Source of the DNA: an uncultured Gemmatimonadales bacterium
Lineage (GTDB): Bacteria; Gemmatimonadota; Gemmatimonadetes; Gemmatimonadales; GWC2-71-9
Length of the DNA: 64,000 nt
Assembly (NCBI GenBank): GCA_963798915.1
Contig: CAWCVB010000003.1
Location: 96,001-160,000 of the forward strand
Reading direction: 5' to 3'
The notes under the pieces were generated by a model. It made no database searches, was not told the origin of the DNA, and saw nothing but the letters and a program-made list of their open reading frames with translations. The position numbers were made by a program, and so were the translations under genes. The number at the start of each line of letters is the position of its first letter. The stretch's first letter is position 1. Shown here piece after piece: positions 9,543-20,211 of this stretch.

Positions 9543-11128
9543 TGCACTGGTCCGGGCGCGACTGGAGTGGTGACGGGCGCGGCCGGGAAATCCAGTCGGA
9601 CGTGCCCCCCCACGCTTTCCCGGCGCTGCAGCGCTGCCCGCGCAATCAGCCGGGCGACCAGCAACTGATTGTGCTCTCGCCAGTGCTCGCGCGGAAGCCC
9701 GCCCGCCAGTTGCGCCAGGACATGCTCGGCGTGCAGCAGCGACTCTTCCGAACGCGTCAGGCCGACGTCCGCGGTCATGGTGCGGCGCAGGGATGACAGG
9801 ACGGGCGGGACGGGCGGGGCGGGCATGGCGGGCAGGTTCGCGCCCGCCGACGTTGCTGGGATTGCGGGAGTCATGGGGCGGGCCTGGCGTGACGCGACGG
9901 CGACTGTCGACGCGTCCAGCCTGCCCAGCTCGCCCATCGTATCCGACTCGCCTGTCTGGGCCACAATCGCCCTGGCCACGCGGTCGGCAAAGACAAGCGC
10001 TTCGAGCAGGGAGTTGGAAGCCAGCCGGTTGGCGCCGTGCACACCGGTCCTGGCCACCTCGCCGCACGCGTAGAGGCCGCGGCGAGAGGTGCGGCCATCC
10101 ATGTCCGTGCCAATGCCGCCCATGGCATAGTGCAGCGCCGGCGCCACTGGAAGCAGGTCCGCACGCGCATCGAGGCCGTGGCTTGCCAGCATGGCGTGAA
10201 TGCCGGGGAAGGATTCGCTGAAGTCGGCGATGCCCCGCGCATCCAGCCAGGCACCGCCGGCCGCATCGGCGCGAGCAACGGCGCGAGCCACCACATCCCG
10301 CGGCGCCAGTTCACCACGCGGGTCGTCGTCGAGGGCAAAGCGCCGGCCAGCCCGATCAACCAGGATGGCGCCGGCCCCGCGAACCGCTTCGGAGATGAGC
10401 GGTGCCGGATTGAGCCCTGCAAGCTTCAACGCCGTCGGATGGAATTGCAGGAACTCCAGCTCGCGCAGCTCGGCGCCCACATGATAGGCCAGCGCCCAGC
10501 CGTCGCCCGTCGAGACCAGCGGGTTGGTGGTCACGTCGAAGAGCTGTCCCACGCCGCCGGTGGCCAGGACCACGGCCGTCCCCCATCGCTCAACGAGGGT
10601 GCCATCCACCTGCACCAGCCGGCAGCCGGCAATGCGACCGTCGTCCTCCAGCAGTTCCTTTACTTCCGTGAATTCCAGAATTTCAATGTCGGGATGTCGC
10701 CGGACGATCTCCGCCAACGTGGCCACGAGCACGGCGCCGGTGCGGTCACCGCCAGCATGGATGATCCGCGGGCGGGTGTGCGCCGCCTCCAGACCGAAGC
10801 GCAGCTCGCCATCCGATCCCCGGTCGAAGCGCGCCCCGAGTGAGAGCAGCTCACGGACGCGGTCGGGGCCCTCAGTGGTAAGAATGGCCACGGCCTCGGG
10901 TTCCGAGAGACCATGGCCGGCGGCCATCGTGTCGGCCGCATGCTGGCCGGGGCTGTCCCCGGGCGCGAGCGCCACCGCAATCCCGCCCTGCGCCCAGGCA
11001 CTGGCGCTGTCAGCCAGGGCGCCCTTGGTCAGCAGCACCGAGGGATGCCCTTCGCTGGCCAGGCGCCACGCGGCCCACAATCCGGCAATTCCCGCTCCGG
11101 CGATGAGCGAGGGAGTCGTCGACGTCAT
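9539..11128 (-). CDS. nadB: L-aspartate oxidase
   Basis: AQGGIA, QFHPT, LISEAVRG, GVHGANRLASNSLLE. Confidence 0.93.
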   Translation of the reverse strand: MTSTTPSLIAGAGIAGLWAAWRLASEGHPSVLLTKGALADSASAWAQGGIAVALAPGDSPGQHAADTMAAGHGLSEPEAVAILTTEGPDRVRELLSLGARFDRGSDGELRFGLEAAHTRPRIIHAGGDRTGAVLVATLAEIVRRHPDIEILEFTEVKELLEDDGRIAGCRLVQVDGTLVERWGTAVVLATGGVGQLFDVTTNPLVSTGDGWALAYHVGAELRELEFLQFHPTALKLAGLNPAPLISEAVRGAGAILVDRAGRRFALDDDPRGELAPRDVVARAVARADAAGGAWLDARGIADFSESFPGIHAMLASHGLDARADLLPVAPALHYAMGGIGTDMDGRTSRRGLYACGEVARTGVHGANRLASNSLLEALVFADRVARAIVAQTGESDTMGELGRLDASTVAVASRQARPMTPAIPATSAGANLPAMPAPPVPPVLSSLRRTMTADVGLTRSEESLLHAEHVLAQLAGGLPREHWREHNQLLVARLIARAALQRRESVGGHVRLDFPAAPVTTPVAPGPVQ

Positions 11129-11269
11129 GGGGAGAATATAGAGGGACTCGGGACGCGAGTCGTGGGATGGTCTGACGAGGGCGCGCGCGCTGACGGCACT
11201 TGCCGTGACCTGCTCTCAGCTTTCAGCCTTCAGCCTTCGGTGGCCGGCCGCTGGCCGACCCGACTGCCG

Positions 11270-11686
11270 TCAGCTCGCCGCCTTCAGCCGCTGATCGCTG
11301 CCCGCGCCGCTGAGCCACGCCTCGGCTTCGGGCACGGTCCGGAAGACCATTGCATCGAGCCCGACACTGTCGAGCCGGATGGACAGCATGCGGCTCATGC
11401 CGTAGGCCACATCCACATCGGCGACGATTGCGATGGAAGAGACGCCTGCGCCTGCAAGCGCCCGGAACGCGGGCACCACGGCATCCACCTGGGCCGACGT
11501 CCACGCGCGCTGGGATGCGCAGACATCAATGAGTACTCCGGCACCCCGCTGCAGATCCGGATCCGCTCCCAGCTCAGCCAGGAGGGCGGCAACCTCGGCG
11601 GGCGTATCCACAAGCGAACTGCGGACCAGCACATAGCCGGCGGGATGCAGAGGTTCATACGTAACCATGAAGCCAAGATGGAACAT
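11270..11686 (-). CDS. Hypothetical protein (STAS/SpoIIAA-like small fold)
   Basis: 138-aa ORF; VLID, IAIVA, YGMSRM, VFRTVPEAEAWL pattern. Confidence 0.55.
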   Translation of the reverse strand: MFHLGFMVTYEPLHPAGYVLVRSSLVDTPAEVAALLAELGADPDLQRGAGVLIDVCASQRAWTSAQVDAVVPAFRALAGAGVSSIAIVADVDVAYGMSRMLSIRLDSVGLDAMVFRTVPEAEAWLSGAGSDQRLKAAS

Positions 11687-11784
11687 GACGAGCGGCTGTC
11701 AACCGTGAAAAAGACTGCAGTACCAGTGTGCAACCGTTGTCCGGGCGGCCCCAGTAACAACACGGAGCGGGTTTCGTACACCCG

Positions 11785-14334
11785 CTAACGCCCGACCTCA
11801 TCAGGCGGCGCCTGGCGACCGGGCTCCGGATAGGGAATGCTGTCGCCCTTGATCGCCCGCCACAGGATCCGGTTGAAGGCGTCATCGTCATTGCGATCCT
11901 CAAACTCGAGATCGAGCGCGGACGACTCGCGCGCGCCGCGTGTCGCGGCCGGGTTGGTCTCATCCAGCGATACGGCCGGCATCAGGGCCGAATACGGAGC
12001 GGTGTCCGGCGCGTCCCGCCAGATGTGGCGCAGCGGCGCACCAAAAAAATCGAACTGCGACAGGGCGCCGAGTCCCAGCAGGTCGGCCATGGTGGCGATT
12101 ACGTCGGTGGTGTTGGCCCAGCGATGGTGGACGCCCGCCGCCGCCCATGGCGAAATCACCAGGAGGACGGAGCGATGCGAGTCCACATGATCGGGGCCGT
12201 CCTGCGCGTCATCCTCGAGTACGAAGACCGCGCTGCTGTCCCAGAAGCGGGAACGAGACAGGCCTTCAATGATTCGCCCCAGAGCCAGGTCATTGTCCGC
12301 CATCGCCGCGCGGGGCGTTGGTGCGCCTGCCTCGGCACCGGAGGTGTGATCATTGGGCAGCCGGATGATCTGGAGCGCCGGCATCGTCCCCGCGCGCTCG
12401 TAGCCGGCCAGCGCATCGAGCCAGATGTCGGCACGGCGCTGGTCGGGAATCGACAAGTCGAAGCCGGGAAATGTGGAATCGGTATGCGTTGCGAGAAACG
12501 GCTTGACGCCGCGGTAGCCGGCTGGCAGGTCGGTCGCGGCGGTGTCCTCGATGCCGATCACGAATTCGCCAAAGTTGCGGAAGGTGATCCCGGCGCGCTG
12601 GGCCAGGTTCCAGAGGTACCCGTTGGCGGGCGACGCCACGTCGTCATCGGGAATGCCGCTGGCATTGCGCCTCAGGTCCTGTTCGCTGCCGTTGGTGCCC
12701 TCGTAGTCATAGGACCGGCCCCGACCCGAGTAGTTGCTCTGCGTGGTCTGTTCCACATAGTCGGTCGCGTATGCCGCCGTGGACCAGTTGTGGCCGTCCG
12801 CACTCACTTCCGCATTGACGAAGAACTGGTCCTCGATGCCGAACCGTTCGGCGAGGGCATGGTGATTGGGCGACTCGGAGCGCGGGAAATACACCAGCGA
12901 CGTGTCACCGTCGCCCGCCGGCAGATCACCCAGCACCTGATCGTATGTGCGATTTTCCTTGATGATGTAGATGACATGCGAAATGGGCGGGTAGCGGAAC
13001 GCGGGCGTCCGTGCGCCGCTCCACCGGTTGGCGATGGCCACCCGCTCGGTGAACGCCGCCAGCGCGTCGCTCCCCGGCGCTGGTGGAACGAACTGGGCCA
13101 GGGTACCGCCCAACTGGCTCAAGGTGTACTGGCCGGCCGACCTGGCCGGGACTCCTGGATTCCGTCCTCCCGGATTGGCGGGCGGCGCCGAGCCCTTGGC
13201 GCTCAGCACCACGAGCGAATCGCCCGCCGTGACCAGCACGGTAGGATACCAGTCAGTCGGAATCCTCCCCACCAGCCGATCGCCCTCACCGGACACCCGG
13301 TCCCACGCCACGTCCGCTGTCCCGGGTGAGAGCGCAAAGACGGCCACGGCATTGTTGTCCGCTTCTGCCACGTAGAGCGTCTTACCGTTGTGCGCAAGCG
13401 CGAGGCCGTCGGGGGTACTGCCTTCCCCCGGTCCGTCGGGTGGTGGATCAAGCAGCTCCACCAGCGTCTGCCTGCTCCTGGTGTCGACGACAATGACGCG
13501 ATCGGTGCTGGGCGACGCAACGAAGAGCCGGCTGCCGCTTCGGTTGAGCAGGAGCACCGAGGGATGGCGGCCTACGATCATGCGGCCGCGTGCCACGAGC
13601 GGGGCCGTGGACTGTCGCCCGTCGACCGTCGACCCTTGCTTCGCACCCACTGAATACACCCAGACCCCGTTCCCACCCCACGCCGAGACGTAGACGGTAC
13701 CGTCAGGCGCGACAGCGACACCGTAGGGATAGGGACCAGCAGGATAGCGCGCGATAACTTCGCCGCGAGCGACATCCACGACCGCCAGCGAGTCAGCCAG
13801 ATTCTCCGCGACGTACAGCATGCGTCCATCGGGCGAGACTGCCATCCCGGCCGGGTAGCGCGTGCCCGCTGCGCGCGGCGCCCTGGGTGCGAGCATGATT
13901 GAATCGCGAAGCGAGGCGTGCCCAGCCGCCCAGTCGTAGCGATAGACCACGTCCTGATTGCCGCCCGACGCGTACAGCACGCGGCCATCGGGCGAGACCG
14001 CGATCCCCACGAAGGCACTTGGCTGCTCGAGCAGCTGTTGCACCGCGCCGCTGGTCCGGTCCACAATGGCGACGCCCTGGGTGCCATAGCCACTCAGCAG
14101 GACGGCCAGCGAGCGGCCGTCGGATGCAAGGGCGGCTCCAAGCGGAAAGGACGCATCAAGTGGGATGGAGGAAACCGCAGGATCGAGCCAGCGGCCAGTG
14201 GGCAGGCGCTCGGTATCGCTGGCGACGGCGGCGGGCGCCGGCGTTGGCGGCGATCCTGGTGCAGGCGCGCAGGCGAGCGCGATGACGATGGCAGCAAACG
14301 GGGTGAAGCGGCGCAGGGAAAGGGCCAGCAGCAC
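11785..14334 (-). CDS. Lipoprotein: YVTN/YncE beta-propeller fused to phosphoesterase domain
   Basis: Lipobox ALAC; repeated SPDG..LYV blades; YIIKENRTYDQV, EDDAQDGPDHVDSHR; GTG start with GGAG chosen. Confidence 0.88.
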   Translation of the reverse strand: MLLALSLRRFTPFAAIVIALACAPAPGSPPTPAPAAVASDTERLPTGRWLDPAVSSIPLDASFPLGAALASDGRSLAVLLSGYGTQGVAIVDRTSGAVQQLLEQPSAFVGIAVSPDGRVLYASGGNQDVVYRYDWAAGHASLRDSIMLAPRAPRAAGTRYPAGMAVSPDGRMLYVAENLADSLAVVDVARGEVIARYPAGPYPYGVAVAPDGTVYVSAWGGNGVWVYSVGAKQGSTVDGRQSTAPLVARGRMIVGRHPSVLLLNRSGSRLFVASPSTDRVIVVDTRSRQTLVELLDPPPDGPGEGSTPDGLALAHNGKTLYVAEADNNAVAVFALSPGTADVAWDRVSGEGDRLVGRIPTDWYPTVLVTAGDSLVVLSAKGSAPPANPGGRNPGVPARSAGQYTLSQLGGTLAQFVPPAPGSDALAAFTERVAIANRWSGARTPAFRYPPISHVIYIIKENRTYDQVLGDLPAGDGDTSLVYFPRSESPNHHALAERFGIEDQFFVNAEVSADGHNWSTAAYATDYVEQTTQSNYSGRGRSYDYEGTNGSEQDLRRNASGIPDDDVASPANGYLWNLAQRAGITFRNFGEFVIGIEDTAATDLPAGYRGVKPFLATHTDSTFPGFDLSIPDQRRADIWLDALAGYERAGTMPALQIIRLPNDHTSGAEAGAPTPRAAMADNDLALGRIIEGLSRSRFWDSSAVFVLEDDAQDGPDHVDSHRSVLLVISPWAAAGVHHRWANTTDVIATMADLLGLGALSQFDFFGAPLRHIWRDAPDTAPYSALMPAVSLDETNPAATRGARESSALDLEFEDRNDDDAFNRILWRAIKGDSIPYPEPGRQAPPDEVGR

Positions 14335-14855
14335 AGGTCTGACTCCGGATCTGGTCCCGGGCAAGATACACCGGTGCGGCGCAGGGGGACCTTCGACTCC
14401 TCAGTCAGAACCCTATGCTCGGTGACGGTGCAACCACGTTCTCCTTGCCGGGGAGCAGGATGTCCGTCATCCCGAGGCAGGCGGCACGGCGGCACGGCGG
14501 CTGGGGATTGCTGAGTTCCACCCGGAAGTGTCGCTCGATCGAGTCCGTAGCAGCGTGCGTGACTGAGGTCGTAGCTCAATGGCTGCGGACATGTTGAGGC
14601 GAAGATGCGCCGCCCGGTTCATCCCCGCGGTCGCGGCGAACACGGAATGTCGAGGCGGACGAGCGGAAGGGGCCCGCCTCGGGGTAGAGAGCACCGCTCG
14701 GCTTTCTCTGGTCGCGGCGCTTCTCTACGCTAGGATGGAGACCCGGCTCGACCCACGGGGCATCGGGGCCCGATTCAGCGTCGCCATCCCCTCCTGACGG
14801 AACCCAGTCAACGAACAGGCAGATAGATCGCAATGCTGATAATCCGGTGATCTGA

Positions 14856-15614
14856 TCACGATTCCCGCGCTACCAGTGTACACCGGACACTCGCCGTCGT
14901 GAATTCCCGCGTGAGCCGATTGTGCAGTAACGCCAACCGGCCAATCGGCCGGCATTCGAACCGCTCGAACCGTAACGGGCTCTGCTCCACCAGCCGGATA
15001 AAACGCCGGATAGTCATCTGATTGAGCCCGCCCGCCACCTCACTGAATCGCGTCGCCCCGTCCGTCTTGAAACGGCTTCGCCAGCGGATCAGCGCGGATT
15101 CGGTGAACACCAAATGCGCCCAGGGGAAGACGCTGAACAGGTGCCCGCCCAAAGGGTGGTACCAGGTCGGCCCGAAGCTGACGAACACCTGGCCCTGGGG
15201 CTTCAAATACCGGCGCATGGTGCGGAGAATGTCGGCTGGCCTGTCGAAGTGCTCGAAGGAATCGAGCGCAACAATTACGTCGGCCTGCTTGGTGGGCTGA
15301 CTGGTGAAGGTGCAGCGCTCCTTCTCACCGGAATCACGGGCCAATTGCCGCGCGCGCTCCAACCTGGTCTCGAGAATGTCCACGCCGATTACATGGGTCG
15401 CCCCGTGCTGGGCCAGTTCGACGGCTTCCTGCCCGTCGCCGCAGCCGAAGTCCAACACCGTTTTCCCTTGGCAGCGCGTCCAGATATCCGGTCCCAGCAG
15501 CATTTCGAGTTTCGAGTGGCCCCGGTAGGTAGCGCCGTCCATCTTCCCGGCTTGGAGCCGTTGGCCGTAGCGCCGCAGAAATCCATCTGCCGGCGGCCCG
15601 CCAATGACGCCCAT
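14856..15614 (-). CDS. Class I SAM-dependent methyltransferase
   Basis: VLDFGCGDG, FEHF, LKPQG motifs. Confidence 0.85.
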   Translation of the reverse strand: MGVIGGPPADGFLRRYGQRLQAGKMDGATYRGHSKLEMLLGPDIWTRCQGKTVLDFGCGDGQEAVELAQHGATHVIGVDILETRLERARQLARDSGEKERCTFTSQPTKQADVIVALDSFEHFDRPADILRTMRRYLKPQGQVFVSFGPTWYHPLGGHLFSVFPWAHLVFTESALIRWRSRFKTDGATRFSEVAGGLNQMTIRRFIRLVEQSPLRFERFECRPIGRLALLHNRLTREFTTASVRCTLVARES

Positions 15615-16106
15615 CGCTCCTCCTCTGTCCGTACGGGGTCAGCTGAGCATCACTCACCACGCGAGTAACGCGCCACAGAGGAGCCCGGGCAGAAGGATGA
15701 GGACGGCGAGGCACCAAAGGCGGTCGAGACGGTCAGATGGCACGCTCACAGTCCAAGGCCCAGGACCGCCACAGCGCCGCCGAGTCTTCGACCGGCCGGC
15801 CTATTCCCACAGGCGTGGTCGCCCGGGTAGAGCAGTCGCGACATCCTGGACAGCGACGTAAGTCCAAGTTGAATCAGTAACTCCAACTGCGCTACTGGGA
15901 AAATCCCAATTCCGTCTCGATTACTCGGATATCGCCCGGATGGAACCAATCTATGCCCGGGGTGTGACAATCCCTCCCATCGACGATTGAGCCCCAGGCT
16001 GCGTGTATCCGCGCCGGCCCGCGCCATTGCGGTTACCGGCCCGGCTCCCGGCCCACCCATTGTGCGGCATGCCCCCTTGCGTCCCCCCACCGCCGAGCCG
16101 AGCCTT

Positions 16107-16673
16107 ATGGGTATGCCAAGTTCTGCCCCCCGCTGGACCGCCGACGCGGTCCGCGCCTTTCCCGACGACGGGAACCGCTACGAACTCGTCTCCGGCACCT
16201 TGGTCGTGACGCCGGCGCCAAGAGGCCTGCACCAGCGCGCGGTGGCGGCGCTCTTTCTGCGCCTGAGCGCATGGCTCACTGCCCACCCTGTGGCGCATCT
16301 CCTGTTCTCGCCCGCCGATATCTCCCTCGGCGAAGACGAGATCCTCCAGCCCGACCTGTTCGCGTACCAGACGCCGGCCGGCGCACCGCTCACTGAGTGG
16401 AGCGATATCAGCGCGCTGCTGCTCGTCATCGAAGTGTCCTCGCCGAGCACGGCCCGACATGACCGCCAGCTCAAGAGACGCCGGTATCAGCGCGCCGGCG
16501 TGCCCGAGTACTGGGTCGTGGACCTCGACGCCCGAACAATCGAACGGTGGCGCCCGAACGACGAAGAGCCGGAGGTGATCACCAGCCGCCTGACCTGGCA
16601 GCCAGCCAGCGACGGCCCGGTGATGGAACTGGATGTGGCAGGGATGGTCAGGGAGCTGAGAGCTGAGAGCTAA
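16107..16673 (+). CDS. Uma2/DUF820 family endonuclease-fold protein (copy 1)
   Basis: RYELVSG, QPDL, VIEVSSPST, D...KR..Y..AGVPEYWVVD. Confidence 0.88.
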   Translation: MGMPSSAPRWTADAVRAFPDDGNRYELVSGTLVVTPAPRGLHQRAVAALFLRLSAWLTAHPVAHLLFSPADISLGEDEILQPDLFAYQTPAGAPLTEWSDISALLLVIEVSSPSTARHDRQLKRRRYQRAGVPEYWVVDLDARTIERWRPNDEEPEVITSRLTWQPASDGPVMELDVAGMVRELRAES

Positions 16674-16904
16674 ACTGAACGCTGTAAGGGCGGCTTGCGG
16701 CCGCCCGCTGAACGCTGAAGGCTGAACGAGAAGGGTCGATGGTCAAGCGCGACAGTGCTTGCTGCGCGACCCGCGCCCCAGGCGTCACCACGCACCGGCG
16801 GCGAATGGTACCGGGCTGCGCTGATCGGGTGACCGATGCGGAGCCGGGCTCGCTATCGTGGTGCCGATGCGCCCTTGCCACCCTCCCGCCGCCGAGCGTA
16901 CCGT

Positions 16905-17480
16905 ATGGGCATGCCAACCCCCGCCGCCTCCTGGACACGGGCCGAGGTCCTCGCCCTCCCCGACGACGGGAAGCGCTACGAGCTGGTGGATGGCGAGTTG
17001 CTGGTGAGCCCCAGCCCAAGCGGCATTCATCAGCGAGCGCTGCTGGAACTCTTCCGCCACGTGGACCCCTACGTCCGAACCCACCGCCTTGGCGCGACCT
17101 GCGTCGCACCGGCGGACCTTGACCTGCACTCCGGCCAGCTGGTCCAGCCTGACATGTTCGTGGGGCGCACGGTGAACGGCCGCGAACCAGTCGAGTGGGC
17201 TGAGTTCGGCATCCCGATCCTGCTGGCAGAAATTCTCTCACCCTCCACGGCCCGCTACGACCGGGTGGTCAAGCGGCGGCTTTACCAGCGCGCCGGGGTC
17301 GAAACCTGCTGGATACTGGATCTGGACGCTCGCCTGGCGGAGGTGTGGACGCCGCAATCCGCTCAGCCGAGCATCGTGGATGGCGAACTGCTCTGGCAGC
17401 CGGACATGGCGCTGGATCCGCTGCGGGTGGACCTGCCGGGATTTTTCCAGGAAGTGTTCCGGGAGGGAGCTGAGGGCTGA
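16905..17480 (+). CDS. Uma2/DUF820 family protein (copy 2)
   Basis: RYELVDGE, QPDMF, AEILSPST, KRRLYQRAGV. Confidence 0.88.
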   Translation: MGMPTPAASWTRAEVLALPDDGKRYELVDGELLVSPSPSGIHQRALLELFRHVDPYVRTHRLGATCVAPADLDLHSGQLVQPDMFVGRTVNGREPVEWAEFGIPILLAEILSPSTARYDRVVKRRLYQRAGVETCWILDLDARLAEVWTPQSAQPSIVDGELLWQPDMALDPLRVDLPGFFQEVFREGAEG

Positions 17481-17593
17481 ACGCAGCGCGGCACCTGGAG
17501 CCACACTGCGTTCGTTCGATGACAGGCACTGATCCGCGCAGCGCCATAATGGCCGATGCGCCCTTGCCACCCTCCTGCCGCCGAGCGTACCGT

Positions 17594-18160
17594 ATGGGCA
17601 TGCCAACCCGCGCTAGCTCCTGGACCCGGGGCGAGGTCCTCGCCCTCCCCGACGACGGGAAGCGCTACGAACTGGTGGATGGGGAGCTGCTGGTGAGCCC
17701 GAGCCCCCGCGGGCCTCATCAGGCCGCCGTGGCTGAACTCTTTCACTTCCTCGATGCCTACGTTCGCCGCTACCGGCTCGGCCGCGTCTGCATGGCGCCG
17801 GCCGATCTCGACTTCCATGCCGGGCAGTTGCTTCAGCCGGACCTCTTCATCGGTGCGATGGTTGATGGACGGGAGCCTCTGGAGTGGGATGACTACGCCG
17901 TTCCGGTCCTCGTGGCCGAAGTATTGTCGCCCGCCACGGCCCGCTACGACCGGGTCACCAAACGCCGCCTGTACCAGCGCGCCGGCGTCGGCACCTATTG
18001 GATCGTGGATCTGGATGCTCGGCTGGTGGAGGAGTGGCGGCCGGACGTCGCGTCACCGGCGGTACTCGATCTCGCGGTCGAGTGGCGACCCGATCCGTCG
18101 TTGCCTGGGCTGAGGATCGATTTGCCGGAGTTGTTCCGTCGGGTGTGGGGTGAACAATGA
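17594..18160 (+). CDS. Uma2/DUF820 family protein (copy 3)
   Basis: Same motifs; 5' region nearly identical to copy 2. Confidence 0.88.
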   Translation: MGMPTRASSWTRGEVLALPDDGKRYELVDGELLVSPSPRGPHQAAVAELFHFLDAYVRRYRLGRVCMAPADLDFHAGQLLQPDLFIGAMVDGREPLEWDDYAVPVLVAEVLSPATARYDRVTKRRLYQRAGVGTYWIVDLDARLVEEWRPDVASPAVLDLAVEWRPDPSLPGLRIDLPELFRRVWGEQ

Positions 18161-18300
18161 AGGCTGAAGGCTGAAGACTGAAGTGGGCTGAAGGCTGAAG
18201 GCTGAAGGCTGAAGGCTGAAGGCTGAAGGCTGAAGGCTGAGCGAAGATGCTGCTTTCAGCGCTCAGCGTTCAGCGTTCAGCGTTCTGCTTCCAGCTTCCC
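18158..18300. repeat. (TGAAGGC)n heptamer array followed by inverted (TTCAGCG)n array
   Basis: About 11 forward units read directly, then reverse-complement-like units, between convergent genes. Confidence 0.9.
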
Positions 18301-18312
18301 GCTTCTCACCTC

Positions 18313-19302
18313 CTACCGCTGAGCCTTCAGCTTCTTCACTTCTTCCGTCAACCTCGGCACCACCTCGAACAGATCGCCCACAATGCCATAGTCGGCGAGC
18401 TTGAAGATGGGCGCATCCTTGTCCTTGTTGATCGCCACGATGACGCGCGAGGTCCGCATGCCGGCCAGGTGCTGCACCGCGCCGGAAATGCCCACGGCGA
18501 TATAGAGATCGGGGCTCACTACCCGGCCGGTCTGGCCAATCTGATCCGTGGGCGCACGCCAGCCGTCATCGGTCACGGCGCGCGTGGCGCCAACGGCCGC
18601 GTTGCCGAAGGCCGCCGCCAGGTCTTCCACCAGCGTGAAATTCTCGGCGGCTCGAAGGCCGCGTCCCCCTGCCACGATCACCGGCGCCTCACCGAGATCG
18701 AGCGCACCACCCTTCTGTTCCAGCATCTGCGTCACCCGCACCCGGGCCGCGGCGGGATCCATCGCTGGCGCCAGTGACTCGACGGCGCCCGGGCGCGCCG
18801 CGTCCACCACGTCCACCGCGCCGGGCCGTAAGGTCACGATGGCCGGCGTTCCGGCGAGCCGCTCCGTCACGATGGCCTTGCCGATATAGACCGGATGGGT
18901 AGCCGTGGCGACATCCCCATCGATCGAAAAGCTGGTCACATCCGCGGCGAGGCTGACCTTGAGTCTGGCCGCGACGCGCGGCGCCAGGTCGCGGCCCTGG
19001 GCCGACGCCGAAAAGAAGGCCGCACGGTAGGGACCGGCAGCGATGGCACTGGCGGCGGTCGCCGCGTACACCTCGGGCAGGCAGACGTTCAGGGCATCGT
19101 GCTCCACCACCAGCACCTTGTCCGCGCCGACACGGCCCAGCTCCGGCGCATGCGCAGCGATGCCGGGAGCACCGATCAAGAGGGCAGTCACCGCGCCGCC
19201 GCCGCTCGCGTCCGCCGCCTGCCGTGCGGCGGTGACCGCCTCGAGCGCCACTTTCCGCAATTCTCCTGCACGCGCTTCGGCAAAGGCAAACATGTCGGCC
19301 AT
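18313..19302 (-). CDS. etfA: Electron transfer flavoprotein subunit alpha
   Basis: [32 protein letters not shown]. Confidence 0.95.
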   Translation of the reverse strand: MADMFAFAEARAGELRKVALEAVTAARQAADASGGGAVTALLIGAPGIAAHAPELGRVGADKVLVVEHDALNVCLPEVYAATAASAIAAGPYRAAFFSASAQGRDLAPRVAARLKVSLAADVTSFSIDGDVATATHPVYIGKAIVTERLAGTPAIVTLRPGAVDVVDAARPGAVESLAPAMDPAAARVRVTQMLEQKGGALDLGEAPVIVAGGRGLRAAENFTLVEDLAAAFGNAAVGATRAVTDDGWRAPTDQIGQTGRVVSPDLYIAVGISGAVQHLAGMRTSRVIVAINKDKDAPIFKLADYGIVGDLFEVVPRLTEEVKKLKAQR

Positions 19303-20054
19303 CAGAGCACCTTCGCTTCGGTCTGGAGCAGCCGGACCAGTTCCGGCACCGCATCAGCGCCCTCACCCACGATCCGCCCAGCGGAACGCTCGGGCGGCAG
19401 CGCCATCTTCTCCACCACAAGACTGGGCTGGCCCAGTGCTGCATCGCGCACGTCGATCGGCTTCTTCTTGGCGGCCATGATCCCCTTGAGGCCCGGCAGA
19501 CGGGGCCGCGCGATGCCTTCGTCGATCGTCAGCACCGCCGGCAGCGGAAATTCCACCAGCTCCGCGGCACCCTCGAGCTCACGGCGGGCCGTGCCGGAGT
19601 TGCCATCCACCTGCAGCTCGGAAATGGCGGTGACGCAGGGGAGGTCGAGCAGCTCCGCCGTCATGGTGCCGACGGTCCCGTTGGCGGAGTCAGTGGCATT
19701 GCGGCCGAACAGCACAAGATCGTAGCTGGACTCCTTGAGTTCCGCGGCGAGCGCTTGTGCGATGGCGAAACCATCAAACGGCACCTCCGCCGCCTTGAGC
19801 TGAATCCCGCGCGACGCCCCCATGCTCAGCGCCTTGCGGATCGTCTCCTGTACGACGTCCGGGCCGACTGAGATGATCGTCACCTCGCTGCCCTCATGCT
19901 TTTCGGCAAGCTGCAGCGCCACCTCCACCGCGTAGCCATCGAAGTCGCTCATGTCATACTTGAGCCCGGTCGGATCCACCGACTTCCCATCGGCCGCGAT
20001 GGTGAACCGGGTCTCGGTGTCGGGAACGCGTTTGATGCAGGCGGCGATTCGCAT
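19302..20054 (-). CDS. etfB: Electron transfer flavoprotein subunit beta
   Basis: CIKRVPD, ALSMGA, PRLPGLKGIMAAKKK. Confidence 0.95.
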   Translation of the reverse strand: MRIAACIKRVPDTETRFTIAADGKSVDPTGLKYDMSDFDGYAVEVALQLAEKHEGSEVTIISVGPDVVQETIRKALSMGASRGIQLKAAEVPFDGFAIAQALAAELKESSYDLVLFGRNATDSANGTVGTMTAELLDLPCVTAISELQVDGNSGTARRELEGAAELVEFPLPAVLTIDEGIARPRLPGLKGIMAAKKKPIDVRDAALGQPSLVVEKMALPPERSAGRIVGEGADAVPELVRLLQTEAKVL

Positions 20055-20074
20055 TGGAGGCCGAGGTTGGGGTG

Positions 20075-20133
20075 GCGTCGAGCGTCGAGCGTCGAGCGTC
20101 GAGCAGAGGCGCGCGTCGAGGTCGAGCGTCGAC
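20075..20133. repeat. (GCGTCGA)n heptamer array, left flank of four-helix-bundle gene
   Basis: Read directly. Confidence 0.9.
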
Positions 20134-20211
20134 GCCAGAAAATGCACCGAACCGGCGAGGAATGGTACCCACCGCCCAGCCAGCCGAGAGTAGAGTACGC
20201 GGGGGGAAACC

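Noticed and set aside
14370..14850. Structured RNA gene (tRNA, tmRNA, RNase P) in the gap, prompted by TTCGACTCC
   Set aside because: No cloverleaf, CCA end or RNase P signature found; region left unexplained
18158..18300. CRISPR array
   Set aside because: 7-bp units without spacers; no cas genes in the window
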